A stretch of DNA of 60,033 nucleotides, filler included, from Catajapyx aquilonaris (Eukaryota), in assembly GCA_000934665.2 (NCBI GenBank). It is 2 parts of 2 records of this genome, joined end to end, with 100 filler letters (N's around TTAATTAATTAA, not from the genome) between each part and the next. Parts side by side here need not be neighbours in the genome. Positions count along the whole stretch, not along the records: positions 1 to 30,029 come from JYFJ02004718.1; positions 30,130 to 60,033 come from JYFJ02004719.1. One strand, given 5' to 3'. The position numbers and the translations under genes were made by a program. Below are positions 28,931-38,536 of this stretch, piece after piece. The notes under the pieces were generated by a model. That model did not search any database, was not told the origin of the DNA, and worked only from the letters and a program-made list of their open reading frames with translations. Positions within the stretch are counted from its first letter, which is position 1; each line of letters begins with the position of its first letter.

Positions 28931-30029
28931 ATGGGATCAAGTTGGCTTACATTTGCACTTCTGGCTGCTTTTGTGGCTCTAGGTGAGTAGTTACGCGGTT
29001 ACTATTGCTCGCATTTGTTACCAGTGGATCTTTTTCCGCAGCATTTGGACAGAATGGATTTCCAAAGGAGAAATTTATGTACAAACAGGTAACAACATTT
29101 ACTTACATTTATATAGCAAACACTGTAAAATAGCTGAATGATTGGTGATCGGTTTACTGTAGAAGATGAGGCAACTAAAGCCATGTGTGAACAACAAACC
29201 TAAATCATAGACGAATAGTTGAGTAGTTTCTCTATGAAGTGATTTTTCAATGATATTTTATCTACTGACAATACGAAAAAAAAATTATGCCTTGAGACCA
29301 GACAACCCAGGCACATTAGACAGTTATGATAGCTAGTATTTCAATGTAAAATATGTAATTATTAATGATGTAATTTGCAGATGCCCTCTGAGAATGGAGT
29401 TGAAATGTACGAGTTAACTGACGAACAAGACACTCCAGATGCCAATGCATATATGGATGAAGTGTATGCCAAGGCAAAGGAATACATGGACAAGACTGGA
29501 CTCAATGAAGTACCACTTCCAGACAAACTCCTGACGTTCAAGTAAGAATGCCTTTACTTTGTACTTTGATTGAGAAGCTAGAAAATACTCGTGTTGTTAT
29601 TTTTCAGTAAAACGATCTTTGGAAAAGTATTCAAGGGCAAGTTTGGTCTGGAGAACGGATTCATTCGAGGTTTGGATTCCATCCATCGCACAGGAAACTG
29701 CAGCATCAAGACTGACGGAAATGACATATACATTACCGCAATTTCTGGGATTACAAATACTAAATTGGGATATTCAACTATTCTGCAAGTCAATAGCGAG
29801 AGCTTGAGGGGCAGTGTAGCTGGGACAGTGGATCAAGCTTCAGCACGCAACGATGTAATTACACTTTATTGACATTACAAGAGTGATGCACTAGGCATTA
29901 CCATGGAATGGCCATGACCACTGCAAACTGTAACGATGTAAATACTCACAATTATGTTTCAGCTGTATGTTTACGATCGCAAAAATGTCACGCTGATATA
30001 TTTTCATTTGTTGGAGATTGGAAATATCA
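28931..30029 (+). CDS. Secreted group-7 mite allergen (Der p 7)-like lipid-binding protein (TULIP fold); 3' end lost in the assembly gap
   Basis: Exons 28931-28982, 29042-29088, 29381-29541, 29608-29854 and 29963-30029 (runs into the gap); GT-AG and phase-consistent. Signal peptide MGSSWLTFALLAAFVALAFG|Q. NEVPLPDKLLTFNKTIFGKVFKGKFGLENGFIRGLDSIHRTGNCSIK resembles, from memory, the Der p 7 segment DPMKVPD...FERHIG...KGELDMRN..VRGLKQMKRVGDANVK. Confidence 0.8.
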
Positions 30030-30129
30030 NNNNNNNNNNNNNNNNNNNNNNNNNNNNNNNNNNNNNNNNNNNNTTAATTAATTAANNNNNNNNNNNNNNN
30101 NNNNNNNNNNNNNNNNNNNNNNNNNNNNN
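30030..30129. other. Artificial assembly linker N44-TTAATTAATTAA-N44
   Basis: Exactly 100 nt and symmetric. The central 12-mer (30074-30085) puts stop codons in all six frames. Confidence 0.9.
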
Positions 30130-30427
30130 TGTTATGTTGGCTCTCTTTTCTTTTTTGAAAAGAACCAACATGTATAGAGATCTATAACCGTTGCATTTTA
30201 AAAATATACTCGTAGCGTTTTGTTTCTCTTGTTACACTCTATTGAAATTTTATAGTCGCTACTGTAATAAATGCTCAAGTAATAAGATAATTAATTAATT
30301 AATTAATTATCTCATTTTTTTAAAAAAATAAAAAATAAAAAAACACACGTTTTGTTCAGTTAACGTTGGGGGTGGGGTGGCCTTGCCTGCCCTCCCCTAC
30401 AACGTCACAGGTGCTTGGCGCAGTATA

Positions 30428-30482
30428 GCCATTGCTGCTGTTGCGCCATTAAACCATTAATCAATCAATCAATCAATCAATC
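30428..30482 (+). mobile_element. 3' end of a non-LTR retroelement/SINE with an (AATC)n tail; related copy at 32886-32930
   Basis: gccattgctgctgttgcgccattaaaccatt(aatc)6 matches gccactggtgctgttgcgcaatttaaagcctat(aatc)3 at 32886-32930. Confidence 0.55.
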
Positions 30483-31164
30483 ACATATGTGAAGGACATA
30501 TAGTTGTGGAAATGGTAAGCGGAATATTTAGTAGGGTAGGTCAGACAGGCTGCCAAGTTGCTGATGGTGTTTCTGGTACGTCCCAACGCAACGGTTCCAG
30601 GTCTGGTTGTTCGGGTGCCCCTCGGTATCTGCGTCGTCCTGGTCCCAGAGGATTTGTTTCAAGGCTGATACGGTTACGGCCGCACATATGGCGACAGGCT
30701 GATGCACGTGACGGATGCTTGTAGTCTGATGGTGCGATTAACCACCTGCAATCAGGTATATGAAAGGTACCCCTGCAACTTCATCCTTGCATAATATATG
30801 CACTGGCGTTTTGTAGTGTTGCCAAATTGTGCCAGATGTTCCCGTCTATTACAATGGACAGTTATCAACATTTTTTTAAAAAATTTGTTTTACCCCGTGA
30901 TATGCCTACGTACATAGACCCACCATCCATTTTCTTGTTTTATTTTTCTTTCCTCCAGTGCAAGGGGACAGGATAGGGATAATGAGGGGGCGACACTGGC
31001 CCAAGTGCAATTTCTCAAGTTGGGGGTCATGTGCAGTCCCTCGAGGGGCCCGTTAGCCAAGATGACCCCTTGTATCAAGTGACTATCCGTCATAGGGAAA
31101 TGTCGTGATGTTGATGATGATGACCTCATGAGAAAATTAGTACACGGAATGGGGTAGTACATAC

Positions 31165-31799
31165 ATCTGAGAAGAAAAATGATCTGCAAGCTCTCAGATG
31201 TTCATATGGTACAAAACTAACAGTTCTTGGACCAAGTGTCATCTTGGACGAAAATCCTGTCGGACAAAATGTTTTTTAATGGAAATGGTGCGATACCAAC
31301 CTGCGAGATGGGAGACGACGGAATCTGCGCCTCCAATATTAGGGTAATCGTATTGTTGGGACATATGTCGTCCGCAACAATCCTTTTCAGAAACAGTTGG
31401 TGGGAAATGAAAGCATCCCAGCCATGGCGGCAGACCTCTGTGAACTCAATAATTCTTAAAAAATTGGCGCCCTATACATCTGGCTGTAATCAGCAGTACG
31501 TGGATTTGCTGCTGTTAATTGTGACATTCATCCACTCCATGTGTTGGATGGGCGGGTCGACAGTGGTGGCCTCGTATGTAATGTAAATTGACACTTGTCG
31601 TTATGGTAGTTTATTTCTTCTCGGAAGTTTTCGGCCAATGCTGCATGTTGATGGTCCATTTCCCTGGTATACCTTCTGCTCGGAAGGGTGGTGACCTCAT
31701 CACCGATTGCAAGTTGTGTACGTCGAAGCTGGAGTCGAATTGGTCTATTACCCAAGTGTATTTCAGCAGTGCCCTCGTCTTGATTGTTGAATTTGCCAT
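31165..31799 (-). pseudogene. MATH-domain (SPOP/roadkill-like MATH-BTB) pseudogene, copy 1
   Basis: MANSTIKTRALLKYTWVIDQFDSSF...MRSPPFRAEGIPGKWTINM has the MATH signature (YxWxIxxF, SPxF, W). Downstream are HGWDAFIS and NTITLILEA. The frame is broken by deletions, frameshifts and stops. Confidence 0.7.
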
Positions 31800-32029
31800 A
31801 CCTTAAAATGACGTTTGGAATATTATTTAGAGTGTATGTGATTCTGGCTAAACTCAAGTTTTACTTCCTTGTTAATTATACACCTTCCTGGCAGGTCGAC
31901 GACCTAGAGCAAAAAGGACTAGTGAGGGGTCACCCCCCCCCCCTCAAACCCATAATATATGCCACTCGATTTTTTTCTTCATTTCACTGCAAATTAGGCA
32001 TACAATATTGTGTTTGGAGCAGTTAATAT

Positions 32030-32310
32030 AATGGCTATCAAAAGTATTGGCCATGTAAGCAATATCGGGTGGTGTCTTTTATTAGTGGCTATACTGAGTT
32101 ATTTTAAGCAGTTTGGAGTAGTTCCTCTTAGTGGTTATGAAAGTATTAGTCTGGAATAATTCCTGTGTACAGTAGTTGGTATGAAAGCATGAAAGGTTTT
32201 TTGAAGCAGTTTGTAGTGGTTACTGCAATAGGCTATATCGAATGCATTGGCTATTTTAAGCAGATTGGAGTAGTTAGTGTGGTGGTTATCACAATATATT
32301 GGCTATTTTT
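32030..32310. repeat. Degenerate ~50-bp tandem repeat; partial copy at about 37310-37509
   Basis: Recurring motif ggctattttaagcagtttggagtagtt...agtggttat. Confidence 0.55.
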
Positions 32311-35300
32311 GGACTCCTTTCAAAAATCCATCAGTGACGGCATGAATGTGCAAATAAATTTCGCAACACAGTCACGCCTTAAGGGCCTGGCAACATTTCA
32401 TTGCAAAAAAACAACAACAATTCACTCGTCACTCTTATCTATAATCATCAATCTTACCCACGCTTCAACAGATGACATCCACACTCCCATCTGGAACCCT
32501 TTTCTTCATCTCGCAACCATTCCAGATCAACGTGGAAACTTCGCAACATTGCTACATTTGCGATCTCAGCCGGGTTTGCCAGCGTTGTTCATCTTCTGAA
32601 ATTCAGACGCAATTATCAATAAATTGCAATATAATGTGTTTGTAATGTGCATCATTCCAAAGGGCAGTCCATCAGTTTTGAAGTGGATGGTTCCATGGAT
32701 GGTGGATTGCTGTCATACCAAAAAAGACAATGTCTATACTTTGTAGTCAGACCCCATTTTCCTTCTACCTTCTGAGTTCTGACATCCCCACTGATCACAC
32801 ATAAATCTTTAACTTTGTCTCACCGAAGCTGGCTTGAGTCGCACATGACTTGCACAACATAACTTATAGTTTCTGGTGAACGGTGGCCACTGGTGCTGTT
32901 GCGCAATTTAAAGCCTATAATCAATCAATCCTCTTACCTGGACTTTTTGCCTTGTATACGTACGGTGCATATGTAGCTCTTAACTATAGGATGGCAATTG
33001 CGACTCGCCAGCATCAGATGCTTGTGGTTTATGGAGGTCACAATACTGATTGCAAAAACATTCATAAGACAGCGTCAACCACCATCCTGCTAGGTATTCT
33101 CCATTTATTGAGATTCCACTCTTAACTGAAATATTCACGTCAAATGACATGGTAATGACCAATTCCTTGCATCTGAAATGGATTTGAAAAGGGCGGAATA
33201 ATATCATTAGCCATTTTCAATCAAATCTCAGCCTGCTCAGCGAACTTCTATGTTCACCATACTTTATTTTTAGAATGTTCACCTCAATGATGGAGCACAT
33301 TTTATATTGTATATTTGTGACAGAGCTGGTGTTTCCCTGGCCCAACGGCTGATCCTTTTTACCCTATAGATACCACCTATTCAAAGCAGATCTGTTTGTA
33401 TGTTCAGAAGTTGGAGGTGTCAGTGGCATATCAGGATACCCGCCCTTTCATGGAATTCAGACCTTTCAGCATCAGCATTCCCCCATGTGAATCACGTAAG
33501 TCACACACTACAGGCGTAGCTATTGATGACTTGATATGCACACTACCATGGAAGCATAATGTGTCCCATTACCAACCATCAGTCAATAATTATATGTACA
33601 TATAATTTTTATCGTGAATTGATACTACTTCATGCTTTAATATCGTCGTTGGCGAAGTACAGTATAGAGTTGCATGTACTGATAGCTACTAAATGTCGCG
33701 GTTTGAGAGGTGTGTCTATAACGCTTCCCTCCTGTAGTGGATCAAGTTTATTTCCCCATGTTTGTGGTATGTGTGATCATTCAGAATATTTTCTGTTGCT
33801 TTTAACATTAGTTGCAACATGAAATCGGTTGTTCCTCGTTCACCTCACTGCATCTTTGTCCTAAAGCTGCAATTCAGGAGTGTGAATGTTTGAGCTGCTA
33901 ATAAGAGGATGTTTAGATAACTATATACGTGATCACATGATTTTTGACCCCATTCATGGAATGTAGATCCAATTTTCATTGCACTAACTTTATTCAGTAT
34001 TATTTAGCTGCATTCATTGCAAATGATTTAACAATGTGTATTTAAAAGATGGCGCATATTGTGCACCTGGGCTGCGACAGAGCTCCATATTGCGGCAGTG
34101 TAGCATTGCAGGAACATATGAGCGATAAATATATTCCTTGAATAACCATTTAACACACGTGCGTAAGGATACACAAAATAAGATAAGGGTAGTAATAACA
34201 CCGTGAGCAGTCACATACTCCGTGTGAAAATAATCCGTGGAGAAATATGTGGATATAGTAGTGCTCTTGGTGGCTGCATATTGCAAATTGTAACGGTTGT
34301 TCTCATTTGCATCAATAGTTTTGTATTTGGTTGCAGGATGAGATTCCTTTATTGCGTCTCGTTTCCTATGTACTAAGGCTGTGTCGAGCTGATAATAGGC
34401 GGCCTATGCTGGGCAGAGGGTGTTTTCAATGACCAAGGTCTTCTCATCACAATGCGTTCTTATGGTATTTTATCTCATTCATGCGATTCAAATGTATGTT
34501 CCACTTAATCAAGTGCTAACTTGGCTAAAATCATCGTACGTGGTTTGAAAATGTGCATCTAAATTATGGAATACATTGTGCACCTGCTGGTCAGCGATTG
34601 GGCGCTTCGGCGGAACATACTGTGTAAGGAATAAATTACTTGGAAACCCGCATCGTATACAAGTGTAAGGTAGTAAATAATTATGAAACAATATATCATT
34701 GATAAAAACATCTGAAATTGGGGAAATTTGTGCGCAACGTGCCAGTAGTGCTCGTAAGTCTTGGAAGGAGATGATTCAGGATTCTGGGGATCTGAGCGTC
34801 CGCCCCAGCATCATCATTTATGGCTAATCTGCCTGCCTGATCGCCTGCTGCCATTATCCCGGCAATGTAGTTGAACTAATATTGAATATAGGTCTGTTGC
34901 TTAAACCAATACGAGTGCATGATGAGATGATGTGACGCAGGGCCTTAATGGCAGGGTCGTCGTATCTCTGACACTGCATCGTCCATTTAAGGAATTCTAT
35001 TTTGCAGTAATGTCAGAATATGCTCAGAAGAAATCTGGCATTTTGACTACAACTGGTATTAGACATTTTATGCTAACCTTCAGGTAGTCGCTTGGCATGT
35101 GAATTTTTTGATGGCTGCTTGTTTGTCGTTATATTGTTTGTGTTAGGCAATTCAAAACTATTTTAAATAAGTATAGTGCCTACGTGCGACAGAAACTTGG
35201 TTTATCATTTCTTCTATCCGCTCACAAATTTGCATTTTTCCTTATGGATTGATTTGTACACTTTCGCCGTCAGTGTTCAATGATGGAAAACGTAACTAAT

Positions 35301-36346
35301 GTTCATATTCAGGAGCAGATTTTTGCTGCGTAATTTATATATCATAATCATCCCGAAACGCGTCTGGATCTGCAATCGGGCGCGGATGCGAGAGCGGAAG
35401 CTGGAAACGGATTCGGAAGCGAACGGGTGGTCCGTCTTTGGCGGACCATGAAAGGGACTTAGAGTGATGATATAGGCCCCGTTAATATCTGACTAAGTGT
35501 ATTTCCTACAATGGGTTGATATATTTGTAAGTTAATATGTTCCTCGGGGGCGGCAGGGGCAGAGGATGGCAGTAATTTTGTCCGATGTTTCTGGGAGAGC
35601 CGTACAGTATATCACATTTGTATATTTTGTTCAGACTTTGACTTGTTGTGCCATGATGTGATATACTAGACATGTGTTCTGCACAGATTGTTTAACCGAA
35701 AGTTTTAAAACTGTTAACTATTTTGTGCCTTTTGTGAGAAAGTTTTGAAAAATTGACTTGGACATCTGAAATAGTCATTGGATACCTTACTTAAATGATC
35801 TAAATTGAATTAATTGTTCTTGAGTCGTGTTATGGTTTATTTAGCTGCTGCTGCCCTGGAAGGCATTCCCGCGAAATAGTGGCATGGCATTTCTTCTTTA
35901 TCTACTGGTTTTAATTATGCCAGCTTTTTTTTTGTATACGAATTTTTACTATAGGAGGGATCCAGGTGCGATGGTTGTCTTAACATATTGCCAGTAACAT
36001 CAGCCAATTATACATTTATAGACGTACTTAAGTAATATGCAGAAAGATTTCAGTGACGTCAAAGGAAACTCAGAAGTGTTTCTCTTACGACAGCGGGGGT
36101 GTCCAGCCACCGACAGCCGCCACCCAGATATGCAATTCATCTCTTCACACTCTGTATGTACTGTACGTCATTGCACACCGCAGGTATCCTTAACGCTCAG
36201 GTGCAGTATGTACTTACAGAAGATGGTGTCTGTTAGGGAGTAGCAATTCCGACGCTGGTTCAAGGGAGAGAGCTTTTCACCCGCCCAGTACAAGTACACA
36301 ACATGTACACATTAAATTAGTATGTGTTGGGTTGCCAGTGCGAATG

Positions 36347-37001
36347 ATCTGAGAAGAAAAATGATCTGCAAGCTCTCAGATGTTCATATGCTACAAACCT
36401 AAGCAGTTCTTGGACCAAGTGACATTTTGGACGAAAATGCTGTCGGACAAAATGTTTTTTTTTTTTTTTTTTTGGAAATGGTGCGATACCAACCTGCGAG
36501 ATGGGAGACGACGGAAACTGCGCCTCCAATATTAGGGTAATCGTATTGTTTGGACATATGTCGTCCGCAATCCTTTCCAGAAACAATTGGTGGGAAATGA
36601 AAGCACCCCAGCCATGGCGACAGATCTCTGTGAACTCAATAATTCTTACAAAAAATGGCGCCCTATACATCTGGCTGTAATCAGCAGTACGTGGATTTGC
36701 TGCTGTTAATTGTGATATTCATCCACTCCATGTGTTGGATGGGCGGGTCGACAGTGGTGGCCTCGTATGTAATGTAAATTGACGAAATTGACACTTGTCG
36801 TTCTGGTAGTTTGTTCTTCAGCTCGGAAGTTTTCGGCCAATGCTGCATGTTGATGGTCCATTTCCCTGGTATACCTTCTGCTCGGAAGGGTGGTGACCTC
36901 ATCACCGATTGCCAGTTGTGTACGTCGAAGCTGGAGTCGAATTGGTCTATTACCCAAGTGTATTTCAGCAGTGCCCTCGTCTTGATTGTTGAATTTGCCA
37001 T
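36347..37001 (-). pseudogene. MATH-domain (SPOP/roadkill-like MATH-BTB) pseudogene, copy 2
   Basis: ORFs 37001-36681 and 36670-36317 are two frames of one MATH domain (YTWVIDQF, SPPFRAEG, HGWGAFISHQLF, ICPNNTITLILEA). They are followed by RPKCHLVQEL...FFSD, resembling the MATH-to-BTB linker. There is a frameshift between the ORFs, and an unrelated repeat truncates the copy at 36346. Confidence 0.72.
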
Positions 37002-37620
37002 ACCTTATAATGAAGTTTGGAATATTATTTAGCGCGCGCGTGATTCTGGCTAAACTCAAGTTTTACTGGCGTATTTGTCAATTATACACCTTCCTGGCAG
37101 GTCGCTCGACGACCTAGAGCAAAAAGGACTAGGGTGGGGTAACTCCCCTTTTATCCATCATATCGGTCCATCCCACAGACAATTAGCCCATTCCAATGCA
37201 GCTAGGACAGTTCAAAAACAACAATAATCGCCAGAATATATGCCACCCCCCTTTTTTTCTCCATTTCACTGAAAATTAGGCATACAAAATTGCATTTGGA
37301 GCAGTTAATATAATGGCTATCAAAAGTGTTGGCCATGTAAGCAATATCGGGTGGTGTCTTTTATTAGTGGCTGCAACGTACTGAGTTATTTTAAGCAGTT
37401 TGGAGTAGTTCCTCTTAGTGGTTCTGAAAGTATTACAGCCTGGAGTAGTTGCTTTGTACAGTAGTTGGTATGAAAAGGTTTTTTGAAGCAGTTTGTAGTG
37501 GTTACTGCATACACGGAATTTTGTGCTGTGTAAAATAGTTGACTTTTGATGTAAAATCTCATTAAATATTGTTGGTATCAGGCTGCCTTAGTTTTCGTCA
37601 CCATCTACATGCCACTTACC

Positions 37621-37771
37621 GCCCCCCGATGGTATCTCCACCTTATCGTGGTGGTGGGGTTTGCGTTTCTCCCATGACCCCAAGAGCTATGCCGGCGGTA
37701 GCTTCGTCTACTGGTAGGGCCACCCAAGCCGGACAGGTCTTTGGGATAGGAGACAGACTAAGAGAGATGCC
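37621..37771 (+). ncRNA. HDV-like (nested double-pseudoknot) self-cleaving ribozyme, predicted
   Basis: P1 37621-37627/37653-37659 (imperfect). P2 GGTATCTC 37631-37638/GAGATGCC 37764-37771. P3 ACC/GGT (37640-37642/37650-37652). 7-nt L3 TTATCGT. Branched P4 (TCTCC/GGAGA, CCCAA/TTGGG, CCGGC/GCCGG, GGTAG/CTACT). J4/2 GACTAAG carries the candidate catalytic C37758. Confidence 0.7.
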
Positions 37772-37888
37772 AGTCTTTCCTCTCTTCTTTTTCCTCTTCG
37801 TTTCTCCCTCCATCTGTCCCACCTTTGCTTCTTCTTACAGCCAGATAGCCACAGTTGCTTTGGCTTCTTCCAAATAAACCAAACCAAA
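37621..37888 (+). mobile_element. 268-bp non-autonomous retroelement (SINE-like) with an RTE-type ribozyme head, AATAAA and an (AAACC)n tail
   Basis: TSD CCACTTACC at 37612-37620 and 37889-37897. The head CCACCTTATCGTGGTGGTGGGGTTTGCG...GAGCTATGCCGG...GGTAGGGCCACCCAAG..GGACAGGTC resembles, from memory, RTE-clade (BovB/Rex3) 5' ends. The body is pyrimidine-rich, with no retroelement ORF. Confidence 0.85.
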
Positions 37889-38394
37889 CCACTTACCGCT
37901 ATCTGGAGAAGTGACACCTAATTACTTTATGCAAAATATCTTCATATTACCGGCCTCATGTTCCGAGAAGGTCACACATAATGTCTTGGGTTCATTGAAT
38001 CTGACGATTATGCGGAAGGAGGGCTTTTTTGATACTGTATTACGTACGTATAATAATAATATTGTTGAAGTCAATAATGTTGTATTCTTGAAAAATATCG
38101 GCCTTCGTTGACATCGTTGTTGCCATCATGATGTAAGAGGCGAAGGCTGGGGTACTTCTTTGTCTTGCATCTGTTGGCGTCATGAGCATGACATAATGTT
38201 GGTATATGAATTGGTAGGGAGGGTTTCAGGTAACTTCTCATGGACACATTCCGCTGCATTGTGACAGGTATTTCCATTTGAACAGTTCCCATCATTGTGT
38301 GAATAGCAACATTCCTAGCGTATGTCTACATAAGAATATGTGAAGAAGCCCTACCATTTCTAGTAAATGCTTTTGGTGAAATATTTTACTGTTC

Positions 38395-38536
38395 TGTATA
38401 TGATAGGCTCAAAACCCGAAAACGGCCAGTGCCCGGGAAAAAACTACCACCCCTAGGCCTGGCATTTTGAAGGCGACCCGACCTAGGTATGGTCGTTTTT
38501 TTCGGCCCTTTTCGGGGTTTGAGCCTAACATATACA
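38395..38536. mobile_element. 142-bp foldback/MITE element
   Basis: Outer arms tgtatatgataggctcaaaacccgaaaacggcc / ggcccttttcggggtttgagcctaacatataca. Inner arms gaaaaaactaccacccctagg / cctaggtatggtcgtttttttc. A paralogous flank lacking the element lies at about 39011-39066. Confidence 0.8.

Noticed and set aside
30074..30085. TTAATTAATTAA as a biological motif (e.g. piggyBac target or homeodomain site)
   Set aside because: It is centred in symmetric N runs totalling 100 nt, which marks an assembly artefact.
32030..32310. CRISPR-like repeat array
   Set aside because: The units are degenerate without unique constant-length spacers, the context is eukaryotic, and there are no cas genes. It is an ordinary minisatellite.
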